From Promethearchaeota archaeon (GTDB lineage Archaea; Asgardarchaeota; Lokiarchaeia; Sigyniarchaeales; SOKP01): a DNA stretch of 64,000 bases. The DNA lies in the NCBI GenBank assembly GCA_019057865.1, contig JAHLWP010000006.1, positions 89,955 to 153,954 of the forward strand, read 5' to 3'. The translations under genes and the position numbers were made by a program. Shown here one piece after another: positions 38,189 to 48,824 of the stretch (position 1 is its first letter; every line of letters begins with the position of its first letter). The notes below the pieces were generated by a model, which did no database searches, was not told where the DNA came from, and was given only the letters and a program-made list of their open reading frames with translations.

Positions 38189-41100
38189 TTGAGTACTGAA
38201 AAATTAAAGAATGAAGATAAATGGCTTATTTTAAAAAGTCTTTTTGATGAAAAAGGGCTTGTTCGGCAACATCTTGATTCGTACAACAGCTTTATTGAAT
38301 ATGAAATGCAAACTATTGTCGATGAGTCTGGTGAAGTAATTCCTGATATACCTGGTTTTAAGATAAAATTTGGAAAAATCAAGGTTGGAGTGCCTAAAGT
38401 ACGCGAAGCAGATGGTGCTACTATGGAGATTACTCCAATAGAGGCTCGGATCAGGGAATTAAGTTATGCTGCCGATATTACTTTGGAAATGACTCCAATT
38501 ACTATAGATGAGCGAACTCAGAGAGAAGAACCTGAAGAAACACTTGATATATATATTGGAAAAATTCCAATCATGTTAAAAAGTTGTCGATGCCCCCTAG
38601 AGAGTTTATCTGAACAAGAATTAATTAATCGGGGTGAAGATCCATTAGATCCAGGAGGATACTTCATTATAAATGGAACAGAACGTGTTCTCGTGACCCA
38701 AGAAGACTTAGCACCTAATAGGATTTTAGCAGAAGAAGCAAGTAGAAGTTCCAGCGCAACTCATCAAGCAAAAGTATTTTCGACTAGAAGTGGATTTAGA
38801 GCTCCTGTTACTATTGAACGAAAAAAGGATGGAAATTTAAGAGTATCTTTCCCATCTGTTCCGGGTAAGATTCCCTTAGCGATTCTTATGCGAGCTTTAG
38901 GGTTACATTCAGATAGAGAAATATTTGAAGCAATATCAGAAAATGATGAAATTCAAAAAGAATTGATTCCAGTAATAGATGTTGCAACTGAAATTGTAGT
39001 ATTAAAAGATCCTGAGAAATCACAACAAAATGCTCTTGATTATATTGGGAAAAGAGTTGCAATTGGACAAACGAAGGATTATCGTATTAGAAGAGCACTT
39101 CAGGTTTTAGACAGATATCTCTTACCACATATAGGAAATTCTGAAGAAGACAGAATTAAAAAAGCATATTATTTAGGACAAATGGCGCAGAAGGTAATGG
39201 AGCTTGCTTTAGGCTTTAGAGAACCAGATGATAAAGATCATTATGCAAATAAAAGATTAAAATTAGCGGGAGAGTTATTCACATCACTATTTAGGGTAGC
39301 ATTCTTGAATCTTGTAAAAGATATTAAATACCAGTTAGAAAGAACCGCAGTTCGAGGAAGAGCCCCTAACATCAAAACAGCAGTAAGAGCAGATGTAATT
39401 ACAGAAAGGATTAGACATGCTCTAGCTACTGGTAATTGGGTAGGGGGTAAAGCAGGAGTAAGTCAGTTATTAAATAGAACTAATCATGTTGGAACCTTAA
39501 GTCATTTAAGAAGAGTTATATCACCTTTAAGTCGAAGTCAACCTCATTTTGAAGCCAGAGATTTACATCCTACTCAATGGGGAAAAATTTGTCCCGCTGA
39601 AACTCCCGAGGGCCCAAATTGTGGTTTAGTTAAAAACCTTGGCTTAGCATCAATAATTTCTGTAGGTGCAGATGAAAATATCATTGAAAATATTCTAATC
39701 GATTTAGGTGTAATACCTATAAATGAGGTTAAAAATATTAGAGGTGATAAGGTAAAGGTTTTTTTAAATGGAAAACTAGTAGGTATTCATCAACAATATA
39801 ACCCTTTCATTCACCAAATTAGAGAAAAACGAAGGAAGGGTGAGATTGGGCAACATGTAAATATTGGTTATTACCATGATTCAAAAGAAATCCAAATTAA
39901 TTGTGATGCTGGAAGAGCAACTAGACCTCTTTTTGTTCTAAAGAATAGTAAATTGCTCATAATGAAAGAAGATATAGAAAAACTTGTACAGAAAAAATAT
40001 ATTTGGTCAGATTTAATTCAAAAAGGTGTAATTGAATACTTAGATGCTGAAGAAGAAGAAAATGCTTATATTGCAATGTTTGAAGAAGATATTACACCAG
40101 AACATACTCATTTAGAGATTTCTCCGGCTGCTATTTTGGGAATTTGTGCGTCTATTATTCCTTTTCCAGAGCATAATCAATCTCCAAGAAATACTTATGA
40201 GGCAGGGATGGTTAAACAAGCTTTAGGCTTATTTGCTGCAAATATGCATTTGCGACTTGATACAAGAGGCCATACATTACATTATCCTCAACGACCACTA
40301 GTGAAAACGAGTCCAATGGAGATAATTGGGATTAATAAACGTCCAGCAGGTCAAAATTTTATTATTGCAATGATGAGTTTTGAAGGATTTAATATAGAAG
40401 ATGCGATAATAATCAATAAAGCATCAATTGAACGTGGACTTGCTCGTAGTCATTTCTTTAGAACTTATGATGCGGAGGAAAGAAAATATCCAGGAGGAGA
40501 AGTAGATAAATTTGAAATTCCAGAAAGAGGGGTTAGAGGATTCAAGTCTGCAGAATCATATCGATTACTATCTGAGGTTGATGGGATAATAGAGCCAGAA
40601 ACTCAAGTAAATGGAGGAGACGTGCTTATTGGTCGTACTTCTCCACCTAGATTCATAAAATCCTATGAAGAATTTGAATTAATGCAACCAAATAGAAGAG
40701 AAACTTCCAAAAATATGCGCCACAATGAGAAGGGAATAGTTGATACGGTTATTATATCTGAAACTGTGGATGGAAATAAATTAGTTAAGATTAAAGTAAG
40801 AGATTTAAGAATACCTGAATTAGGAGATAAATTTTCTTCTAGACATGGGCAAAAAGGTGTTTTAGGTCTTGTTCAACCCGAATGTGATATGCCGTTTACC
40901 TCATCGGGCGTAATTCCTGATATTATTGTTAACCCCCATGCCATGCCATCAAGAATGACTTTAGGACAACTTTTTGAAGGCATTAGTGGAAAAATAGCAT
41001 GTAGTAATGGAAAATTAGGCGATGCCACGGCATTCGAATGGACAGATATCACAAAACTCCAAGACCAATTAGTTGATGAGGGCTTCGAATTTAATGGAAG

Positions 41101-41560
41101 AGAAGTAATGTATAACGGAATTACAGGAGAAAAATATGAAGCTGGGATATATTGCACTCCTATTTATTATCAAAAGCTTTATCATCTAGTTGCAGATAAA
41201 CTTCATGCAAGAGCACGTGGTCCGGTCCAAATATTAACAAGACAACCAACAGAAGGTCGAGCTAGAGAAGGGGGATTGAGATTTGGTGAAATGGAGCGTG
41301 ATTGTCTAGTTGGTCATGGATCAGCATTGTTATTAAAAGAACGGTTATTAGATGAATCTGATAGAACTGTTATTTTAGTTTGTGAAAAATGCGGACTTTT
41401 AGCTGTATATGATCGCAATCGTGATAAAAGATATTGTCCTGTATGTGGAGAAAGTACTGTAATTTCTAAAGTTGTATGTTCTTATGCATTTAAATTATTG
41501 TTACAAGAAATGATGTCATTAGGTTTGGCACCAAGGCTTAAATTAAAAGAAAAAATATAA
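38189..41560 (+). CDS. rpo2: RNA polymerase subunit Rpo2 (B), unsplit
   Basis: GGYFIING, ETPEG, GDKFSSRHGQKG and GGLRFGEMERD motifs; C-terminal zinc finger. Confidence 0.98.
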   Translation: MSTEKLKNEDKWLILKSLFDEKGLVRQHLDSYNSFIEYEMQTIVDESGEVIPDIPGFKIKFGKIKVGVPKVREADGATMEITPIEARIRELSYAADITLEMTPITIDERTQREEPEETLDIYIGKIPIMLKSCRCPLESLSEQELINRGEDPLDPGGYFIINGTERVLVTQEDLAPNRILAEEASRSSSATHQAKVFSTRSGFRAPVTIERKKDGNLRVSFPSVPGKIPLAILMRALGLHSDREIFEAISENDEIQKELIPVIDVATEIVVLKDPEKSQQNALDYIGKRVAIGQTKDYRIRRALQVLDRYLLPHIGNSEEDRIKKAYYLGQMAQKVMELALGFREPDDKDHYANKRLKLAGELFTSLFRVAFLNLVKDIKYQLERTAVRGRAPNIKTAVRADVITERIRHALATGNWVGGKAGVSQLLNRTNHVGTLSHLRRVISPLSRSQPHFEARDLHPTQWGKICPAETPEGPNCGLVKNLGLASIISVGADENIIENILIDLGVIPINEVKNIRGDKVKVFLNGKLVGIHQQYNPFIHQIREKRRKGEIGQHVNIGYYHDSKEIQINCDAGRATRPLFVLKNSKLLIMKEDIEKLVQKKYIWSDLIQKGVIEYLDAEEEENAYIAMFEEDITPEHTHLEISPAAILGICASIIPFPEHNQSPRNTYEAGMVKQALGLFAANMHLRLDTRGHTLHYPQRPLVKTSPMEIIGINKRPAGQNFIIAMMSFEGFNIEDAIIINKASIERGLARSHFFRTYDAEERKYPGGEVDKFEIPERGVRGFKSAESYRLLSEVDGIIEPETQVNGGDVLIGRTSPPRFIKSYEEFELMQPNRRETSKNMRHNEKGIVDTVIISETVDGNKLVKIKVRDLRIPELGDKFSSRHGQKGVLGLVQPECDMPFTSSGVIPDIIVNPHAMPSRMTLGQLFEGISGKIACSNGKLGDATAFEWTDITKLQDQLVDEGFEFNGREVMYNGITGEKYEAGIYCTPIYYQKLYHLVADKLHARARGPVQILTRQPTEGRAREGGLRFGEMERDCLVGHGSALLLKERLLDESDRTVILVCEKCGLLAVYDRNRDKRYCPVCGESTVISKVVCSYAFKLLLQEMMSLGLAPRLKLKEKI

Positions 41561-41606
41561 AAAATTTTTTTAAATATTAATTTTAAAAGATATACTAAGT
41601 TATACT

Positions 41607-42068
41607 CTAATCATATGTAATTACTATTTCATATTCAAAGATAAATGTGTATAATTCTGGCACTAGTGTAAATAGTACATATAATATGAATAAAAGCAAC
41701 AAAGATACCCAAAGTGCATGATCCCATGGTATATCAATTAAAAATTTCACTAAGAATAAAAGTAATAGAAATCCAATAACTGGTGAAAGTAATATTAAAT
41801 AATTTCTTCCCCCATCATCAATAGCATTTCTCATCTCTGCTAGGGAATCTCCTATTGCAGCCAATGCTGCAGTGATTGCGTTCAAGACAATTGGTAAAAT
41901 TAAAACTATAAGAAATGCTAATATAAGGATCATAAACTTTTTATCTGAAGCTTTTGTTTTGGATTCTAATAGAAGTACCACAATATATATTATCAACGCT
42001 ACGATGATTGTTGCCAGTATTAACCATATTATAAAAAACACAGGGTCTGCATCGTTTTGAAATATCAT
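41607..42068 (-). CDS. Hypothetical multi-pass membrane protein
   Basis: Four hydrophobic segments; SD GGAG upstream. Confidence 0.7.
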   Translation of the reverse strand: MIFQNDADPVFFIIWLILATIIVALIIYIVVLLLESKTKASDKKFMILILAFLIVLILPIVLNAITAALAAIGDSLAEMRNAIDDGGRNYLILLSPVIGFLLLLFLVKFLIDIPWDHALWVSLLLLFILYVLFTLVPELYTFIFEYEIVITYD

Positions 42069-42243
42069 ATTAATACTCCAATTTTTTCTTATTTTAAAGT
42101 TAAATATATAGTAATAAGAATATTAGATTTCTTCTTTTTTAAATGTTAACCGAATAAATTGTAAATGAAAAACTCTTCATCTTCGAATTGACAAATTTAG
42201 AAAATTACATAAAAAACGGATAAAAGAAGAGTTCAATTTGCTA

Positions 42244-42444
42244 TTAAATACCCCAATTTAATAAAAAGAAATGAAGAGAGAATCCTAAAAATACTGCTGC
42301 AAATACAATACTTATTAATGATAATCGAATTGATATTTCTCTACCATATTTTGTATATATGACTAAAACTATTAATGATGCTAATCCGATGAAAAGAAAA
42401 ATCCAAGCTAGGACCCATAATGCTAATGAAGGGATTGTTGGCAT
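42244..42444 (-). CDS. OST5/TMEM258-like two-TM oligosaccharyltransferase subunit homologue
   Basis: 66 aa with two TM helices. TKYGREISIRLSLISIVFAAVFLGFSLHFFLLNWGI resembles the TMEM258 C-terminal half (TKY.R.I...LIS..A..F.GF...F.LL..GI), compared from memory. Confidence 0.65.
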   Translation of the reverse strand: MPTIPSLALWVLAWIFLFIGLASLIVLVIYTKYGREISIRLSLISIVFAAVFLGFSLHFFLLNWGI

Positions 42445-42597
42445 ATCTTATAGATTTGAAATTTTGTAGTTAGTATTTAAAAATATGATTTATTTTTTTA
42501 AGTTTATTAATGAATAATATTTAAAATTATGATCTCTTGATAAATATTAAAATATTTTTTTACTTTATAATTTAAGAAAATAAATACTGAATAAAAA

Positions 42598-43380
42598 ATG
42601 CATTTCTTACAAAAAGTAATTGAGTCTCCAATTTTAGAGGATCCAGCAAATAACCATAAGAGTATACATCGTCATTTCTATAGGTATTCTAAAGGTGATT
42701 TCATAGGTCCTGCGATGAAGATTTCTAAAACAAAAGCAAAAATTACGTTAAAAGGAAGTCATGAGTATGAAGATTTAATTCTTGAAATTGTCACAAAATC
42801 TATTTCAAATCCAAATGAAATTTTTGAAATAAAAGGTACCTTAATATCAGGTGTTGAAATCAGTGAAATCATTTCTAATTTAGGATATAATTGGAAATTG
42901 AAAAAATCTACCGGTCAAACTAAAAATTATAAAGTCAATATTTTAGATAAGACAGTCAAAGACAAGTTACTCGAAAGTATTCAAGCATTTCGAGAAAATA
43001 GTTATTTTTTATTATCTTTAAATTTAAACCCAAATTTCAAAGTAACAACAAAAAAGAAAATTCCTCAACCATCTAAGAAAAAAATTGAAGATGATGATGT
43101 GAACGCCAGAATTCAATTCTGTAGAGGATATATTAGTAATACAGAAAAAAATTTAGATACAGTATTAAACCTTTCTGTGCCTGATTTCAAATCAGAACTT
43201 CCCGGTACTTGGAAATCTATTACTATATTTAATAATTACAAAATAACAGATATTGATATTCCAAAAAATGTTAAAGATTCGCGTTTATTACGGATCATGG
43301 CGATAAGAAAAGGTAAATTACTACGATCTATTAAGGTAGATGGTGAGATTATAGAAAAGCAATATAATATGGTTGTTTAA
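42598..43380 (+). CDS. Conserved archaeal hypothetical protein
   Basis: 260 aa with HRHFYRYSKGDF and AIRKG motifs; function not recognised. Confidence 0.75.
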   Translation: MHFLQKVIESPILEDPANNHKSIHRHFYRYSKGDFIGPAMKISKTKAKITLKGSHEYEDLILEIVTKSISNPNEIFEIKGTLISGVEISEIISNLGYNWKLKKSTGQTKNYKVNILDKTVKDKLLESIQAFRENSYFLLSLNLNPNFKVTTKKKIPQPSKKKIEDDDVNARIQFCRGYISNTEKNLDTVLNLSVPDFKSELPGTWKSITIFNNYKITDIDIPKNVKDSRLLRIMAIRKGKLLRSIKVDGEIIEKQYNMVV

Positions 43381-43471
43381 TCATTTTATTTTTATATTTT
43401 AAAAAAATTTAATTTTCATAAAAAATTTAAATATATCAAAATACGACTAAATTAAGAAGAGGTATACTTTA

Positions 43472-44056
43472 ATTAAGAATTTAAATCCTTTTTTACGTTC
43501 TTTTTTATATATCATTGGAGGAGATATCGCCATTGAAGTTGGTCTCGAGCTTTTGAATTCTGAATCTCAGGATATAACTGATGAAGATATAACAGAAAAT
43601 ATTAAAGATCGTATTGAGGGGAAAAATATTGATTTTGAACCTAATGACAGTGAAATTTTAAAACTCAATACTGTTCGTAAAACATTATATAAATTATATT
43701 CTGAAAAATTAGCACAATTTAGACGAATTCGTGATAAAAGTACTGGTTGGTTCATTTATTATTGGTGGCATGAATTTGATTTAATAGATGAAATTTTAAT
43801 AGAAAAGAGAAAATTGCTTGAAAGAAAACTTAGAGATAGATTACAATTTGAAGAAAATAATTATTTTTTCGTTTGCATAAATTGCGACGATCAAAATATT
43901 AAATATAATTTTGATGAAGCCTTTGAGCTTAATTTTAGATGCCCTAACTGTGGAGGGTCTTTAGAAGCTCAGGATAATCAAAACATCATAGATTTCTTAA
44001 AGGAAAAAGTTGTACTTAACCAAAAAACAAAAATTTCTATAGATAGAAAGAGTTAA
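43472..44056 (+). CDS. tfe: Transcription factor E alpha, N-terminus extended to a probable ATT start
   Basis: TDEDI, VRKTLYKL, RDKSTGWFIYYW, zinc ribbon C..C...FDEAFELNFRCPNCG. The upstream in-frame segment FLYIIGGDIAIEV matches the first TFE helices. Confidence 0.92.
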   Translation: MKNLNPFLRSFLYIIGGDIAIEVGLELLNSESQDITDEDITENIKDRIEGKNIDFEPNDSEILKLNTVRKTLYKLYSEKLAQFRRIRDKSTGWFIYYWWHEFDLIDEILIEKRKLLERKLRDRLQFEENNYFFVCINCDDQNIKYNFDEAFELNFRCPNCGGSLEAQDNQNIIDFLKEKVVLNQKTKISIDRKS

Positions 44057-44114
44057 TCATTTACGATACTTAATTTCTCGTATCACTTTTAAAAAAAACT
44101 TTTATTGTTCTTAA

Positions 44115-46145
44115 ATGAATTCTCATGAAGATCTCTCAATTAAAAAGAGATTTGGAACTTGCTCAAAGGATTGTTATGGATCATGTGTATTTCAAGGTGT
44201 ATGGAACGATTTTGCTCCTGAACGTAAATTCTTATATGCTAAACCATCAACAACTCATCCTTTTACAAATGGATTTTTCTGCTCTAAATTAAATCATAGA
44301 GAAGATTTAATTTACCACTCAAAAAGGTTAAAAAAATCATTTATCCGTGATGGCCCAAAAGGAGAAAATAATTTTAAACCAATTACACTTGAAAATGCAT
44401 TAGACAAAATTAACAAAAAAGTATGTGATATACAAAATAAATATGGATCAACTTCTATTATTGCAGCATTTAGTGCAGGAAATTATGGATTATTATCAAG
44501 ATATGCTCCACTAAGATTTTTTGGAAAATTGGGAGCCAAGATTACATATGGAGGAATTTGTAATGAAGGAGGTTGTGCTGGACTTACTAAATTATTTGGA
44601 ACTTACTCAACAACGAATCCTTTTCAATTAATTAATCCTTCAACCAAATTAATTGTAGTTTGGGGGAGTGATCTTTCTAATAGAAATATACATGCATACT
44701 ATCTTGTCAAAAAAGCCATTGAGAACGGAGCAAAATTAGTCGTTATTGATTCTCGCTTTACACAGATAGCTCAAAAATCTGATCTCTTCATTCACACATA
44801 TCCTGGCACTGATCATCTGTTAGCTCAACTTATAATTAAATATTTAGTCTCATATAACTATGATAAAGAATTTTTGATACAAAATGTTGATAATTACAAT
44901 TTATTAATAGAAGAAGTTTTAAATATAGATGAGAGCAGGATTTTATCCCAACTTGGGAATAAAATTCAATCCATTAATAATTTTGTAAAATTATTGGTCG
45001 AAAATAGACATCATACAATTTTTAATGTTGGGTATGGCGTTCAGAAGGACTATTCCGGAGGGAGAATAGTCCAAACAATTGCTTTAATTCCAATAATCCT
45101 TGGTAATTTTGGAAAACCTGGTACTGGCCTGATTTACTCCCAAAGTGATTTTAATAATCGTTTTATTCCTCCACTTCTAGAATATATTGCCCAATCTTCT
45201 AAGCATTCAGCTATCCCAGGAATAAATTTGATAAATTTAGGTCATGCATTAATGTCTGAAGAATATAAATTACTTTTTATATACAATTTTAATCCAGCAA
45301 GTTCACTTCCAAATCAAAATCAAATAAGGCAATCTTTATCTAAAGAAGATTTATTTGTTGTTGTACAAGAATTATTTTTCAATGAAACCACAAAATATGC
45401 CGATATTGTTATCCCTTCAAAATTTGATTTAGAGTCTCATGATCTAATCACTCCTTATTATATTCCAGGGCTTTCTATCAATGAAGCAGGTCCATGTCCA
45501 TACCCCGATTGTTTATCAAATTACGAGCTCTATCAACGCTTAGCCAGGAAATTCGGATGGTTAAATGACTCTATTTTTCAAGAGGATGAGATGTCTATAA
45601 TACAGAATTGTTTAAAATTATTACCTTCAAATATACAAAAAAACATAAGAGCTCAAGGATATCATCTATTATTTAATCAGAATGATATACCTTTTAAGGA
45701 CTTATCTTTTCCAACCTCAAATGGGAGAATACAAGCATCTGGTTCCTACTTTCAATTTGGGAAAAATAAATTTTTTGAACGAAAGGAAAAAGAATTTTTC
45801 TTAATCTCTCCATCTCATAAATATTTTATACATTCGCAACTTGGACAAATAAATCATCAGTATTTAGAAGTATTTAAAAAAATATTTTTAAACAAAATTG
45901 ATATTGAAAATCTTGGTTTAGAAATAGGCGAAGAAGTACTAGTTTCAAATGAATATGGAAAATGTAAATATATTCTTGGAGAATTAATGTCACTGAAAAC
46001 AGGTATGGCATTGATATATTCAGGTTCACCATCAGCATCTAAAAGGAATTTGAATGTAAACTTTTTAACACCTGATATTCCTGAAGAATCAGGACTGTCA
46101 GGAGCGTATAATTCCGCTATTGTCACAATTAATAAGCTTAAATAA
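44115..46145 (+). CDS. Molybdopterin-dependent oxidoreductase (DMSO reductase superfamily)
   Basis: CSKDCYGSC...FCSK Fe-S motif, PGTDH, NFNPA, ETTKYADIVIP and FPTSNGRI motifs. Confidence 0.9.
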   Translation: MNSHEDLSIKKRFGTCSKDCYGSCVFQGVWNDFAPERKFLYAKPSTTHPFTNGFFCSKLNHREDLIYHSKRLKKSFIRDGPKGENNFKPITLENALDKINKKVCDIQNKYGSTSIIAAFSAGNYGLLSRYAPLRFFGKLGAKITYGGICNEGGCAGLTKLFGTYSTTNPFQLINPSTKLIVVWGSDLSNRNIHAYYLVKKAIENGAKLVVIDSRFTQIAQKSDLFIHTYPGTDHLLAQLIIKYLVSYNYDKEFLIQNVDNYNLLIEEVLNIDESRILSQLGNKIQSINNFVKLLVENRHHTIFNVGYGVQKDYSGGRIVQTIALIPIILGNFGKPGTGLIYSQSDFNNRFIPPLLEYIAQSSKHSAIPGINLINLGHALMSEEYKLLFIYNFNPASSLPNQNQIRQSLSKEDLFVVVQELFFNETTKYADIVIPSKFDLESHDLITPYYIPGLSINEAGPCPYPDCLSNYELYQRLARKFGWLNDSIFQEDEMSIIQNCLKLLPSNIQKNIRAQGYHLLFNQNDIPFKDLSFPTSNGRIQASGSYFQFGKNKFFERKEKEFFLISPSHKYFIHSQLGQINHQYLEVFKKIFLNKIDIENLGLEIGEEVLVSNEYGKCKYILGELMSLKTGMALIYSGSPSASKRNLNVNFLTPDIPEESGLSGAYNSAIVTINKLK

Positions 46146-46235
46146 ATGATATTATAAATAAATAATCTCAGATATAATGATAAAAAGTAATAAGATTTTA
46201 AATTTCTAAAGTATTAAATTCTTTTTAAATAATTT

Positions 46236-46769
46236 CTACTTCTTTTTTTTGATAAAAGCGATATCTCCAAGCGAAGAACCACTTGATTTTTTCATATACT
46301 TACTACTATTTACACTTGTTTCGATTTCATCAACTTTTTTCAATAATTTTATATGATAAATTTCTTCAATTTTATTTGCTAATTTTATTGTAGGTTCAGC
46401 TTTACCAGCTTCAATTCTGCGTAATAGTGAGGGTTTTTCATTTAACTTTTGGGCAAATTGTTCTTGATTAAGATTGCAGGAATTTCGGGTGTTTCTGATT
46501 CTCTTAGAATAATCCGGAACTATTTCAACATTATCAAATAAATCTTGTTTAGTTTTGGATTTTTTAGAAGTGGATGTTGATTGATTATAATTTGATTTAT
46601 TTAAATGAGATATTTTTTGCCTTTCATAGATTTTAGTACCATATTGAGCACAGCTTTGGCATACAACGATCTTTGCACCCTCAAGTAAAACATATTGTCC
46701 TTTTCCCCATATTATACCTCCACAAATGGGACATTCCTTACTGTTATTACCAGTTCCTTTTTTCGACAT
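46236..46769 (-). CDS. mbf1: Archaeal multiprotein bridging factor aMBF1
   Basis: CPICG...VCQSC zinc ribbon, HTH LNQEQFAQKLNEKPSLLRRIE, and SLGD tail. Confidence 0.92.
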   Translation of the reverse strand: MSKKGTGNNSKECPICGGIIWGKGQYVLLEGAKIVVCQSCAQYGTKIYERQKISHLNKSNYNQSTSTSKKSKTKQDLFDNVEIVPDYSKRIRNTRNSCNLNQEQFAQKLNEKPSLLRRIEAGKAEPTIKLANKIEEIYHIKLLKKVDEIETSVNSSKYMKKSSGSSLGDIAFIKKKK

Positions 46770-47012
46770 ATTTGAACCTTAAATGATCTTATGAATATTA
46801 TACTTATAAAATTGGAATAAGAACTCTTATAATTTATTGTTTTAATGGGTAATTATTATAAAATATAATATATAAATTTTTTAAAAGTCGAGATTTCTCT
46901 ACGATAATAAAGTTACAACCTTAAATTTAAATGATTAGAAGTTTATTAATATTTTAAGAAATTTTCTTAAAAAAATTAAAATTACTGTAAGAAATGAAGG
47001 GGTATATTCTAT

Positions 47013-48221
47013 TTGACAACAACAAAAGATAGAAGAAAAAAAGAAGAAACTAAAGATGGAGAATATCTAATTACTTATACAAGACATCTAGAAAAAAGAC
47101 TGAGAAATTTAGAAACAGAAAAGCAGCTGCTAGATGCTGAACGTTTAAGATTAGAACAAGAATTACATAGTTTAAGAAATGAAATTGATAGATTAAGAGA
47201 ACCACCACTTGTTTCCGCAACTATTATCGATTTTTTAGATGATAAAGGAAGAGCTATAGTCAAGAGTTCAACTGGACCTAGTTTTGTTGTTAATGCTAGC
47301 AGAAAAGTAAGAAATGAAAAATTAACTCCTGGTATGAGAGTTGCTTTAAATCAAAGAACATTTGCTATTATGGAAATTTTGCCTACAAAATTGGATCCAT
47401 TTGTAAAAGGTATGGAAGTAATAGATTCAATTCCAGATATATCATATGCAGATGTTGGTGGACTTGAATACCAAATGCAAGAAGTAAGAGAAACTGTAGA
47501 ATTACCACTCAAGAAACCAGAACTATTTAAAAGAATAGGTATTGATCCTCCTAAAGGAGTTTTGCTTTATGGAGCTCCTGGTACTGGAAAAACTTTATTA
47601 GCAAAAGCAGTTGCTCATGAAACAGAAGCTACATTTATAAGAATTATAGGATCTGAGCTAGTTCAAAAATTTATTGGTGAAGGTGCTCGATTAGTGAGAG
47701 AGATATTTAATCTAGCAAAACAAAAAGCCCCAACAATACTATTTATAGATGAATTAGACGCAATTGGTTCTCAAAGACTAAAAATAGCCACATCTGGTGA
47801 TAGAGAAGTACAAAGAACACTAATGCAATTACTAAGTGAATTGGACGGGTTTGAACAGAGAGGAGATGTTAAAATTATAGGTGCTACAAATAGAGTAGAT
47901 ATATTAGACCCCGCATTATTAAGACCTGGAAGATTTGATAGAATGATTAATTTTCCAATTCCAGACGAGAGAGCAAGAGAAGTCATTTTCAAAATTCATA
48001 CAAGCGGTTTGAATACTGAAGATAAGATAGATTTCAAAAGATTAGTAAATCTAACAGAGGGAGCGACTGGAGCAGATATTAAAGCGATTGCTACAGAAGC
48101 CGGAATGTTTGCAATAAGAAAGGAGGCAGAAATGATTGTTTTTAGCGACTTTCTAGATGCAATAAGTAAAGTGATGAATAAGATTAAAGACGCATCTATT
48201 GAATCTCGACTTTATTCCTAA
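47013..48221 (+). CDS. pan: Proteasome-activating nucleotidase
   Basis: Coiled coil + OB domain, GAPGTGKT, IDELD, DREVQRT and RPGRFDR motifs; C-terminal HbYX tail LYS. Confidence 0.97.
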   Translation: MTTTKDRRKKEETKDGEYLITYTRHLEKRLRNLETEKQLLDAERLRLEQELHSLRNEIDRLREPPLVSATIIDFLDDKGRAIVKSSTGPSFVVNASRKVRNEKLTPGMRVALNQRTFAIMEILPTKLDPFVKGMEVIDSIPDISYADVGGLEYQMQEVRETVELPLKKPELFKRIGIDPPKGVLLYGAPGTGKTLLAKAVAHETEATFIRIIGSELVQKFIGEGARLVREIFNLAKQKAPTILFIDELDAIGSQRLKIATSGDREVQRTLMQLLSELDGFEQRGDVKIIGATNRVDILDPALLRPGRFDRMINFPIPDERAREVIFKIHTSGLNTEDKIDFKRLVNLTEGATGADIKAIATEAGMFAIRKEAEMIVFSDFLDAISKVMNKIKDASIESRLYS

Positions 48222-48290
48222 TAATCTAATTTTATATTAACTATTTATTCCCTAAACTCTTTTTTAAAGTAACAAATATTTGATGTTAAA

Positions 48291-48782
48291 ATGGGAACTG
48301 AAATTTTACTAGACTTAAGAAAAATTAAAGGCATTTCTGATTATCAATTTGGAACCGATATAACTGATATCTTATTTAATGATATTAAAAATATTCGCAT
48401 TGAACGATCAAAAAACACAAATAGAATTAGATATATTTATTATAAGAATAACTTATTACTCACATTAAAGCCTAAGAACGGTTTTTTTACATTAAGTTTA
48501 TACTCTGCTAAAAAAATAATTGAAAACTGTAGAACTCCGAGATTAAGAGTTGTAGTATTAAGTGATATCTCAGAATTTATTAAAAAAGGTAGAAATGTCT
48601 TTTGTAAACATGTTGTTGAGATTGATGATATATTAAGGCCACTAGATGAGGTTATTATTGTAAATCAAGATGATGAGTTATTAGCTATAGGTAGATTAAA
48701 AATTCCTGTTCCTTGTATAAAATCTTTTTCGAGTGGTATTGCTATAAATGTTAGAAAAGGAGTCCATAAATCAAAAATATAA
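48291..48782 (+). CDS. Pre-PUA/PUA domain protein (archaeal TGT C-terminal-like)
   Basis: DYQFG, SKNTNRIR, GRNVFCKHV, RPLDEV and VRKG motifs. Confidence 0.85.
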   Translation: MGTEILLDLRKIKGISDYQFGTDITDILFNDIKNIRIERSKNTNRIRYIYYKNNLLLTLKPKNGFFTLSLYSAKKIIENCRTPRLRVVVLSDISEFIKKGRNVFCKHVVEIDDILRPLDEVIIVNQDDELLAIGRLKIPVPCIKSFSSGIAINVRKGVHKSKI

Positions 48783-48824
48783 ATTTCAATTAATTATATA
48801 ATTATTAGATAAATAACCTATATT

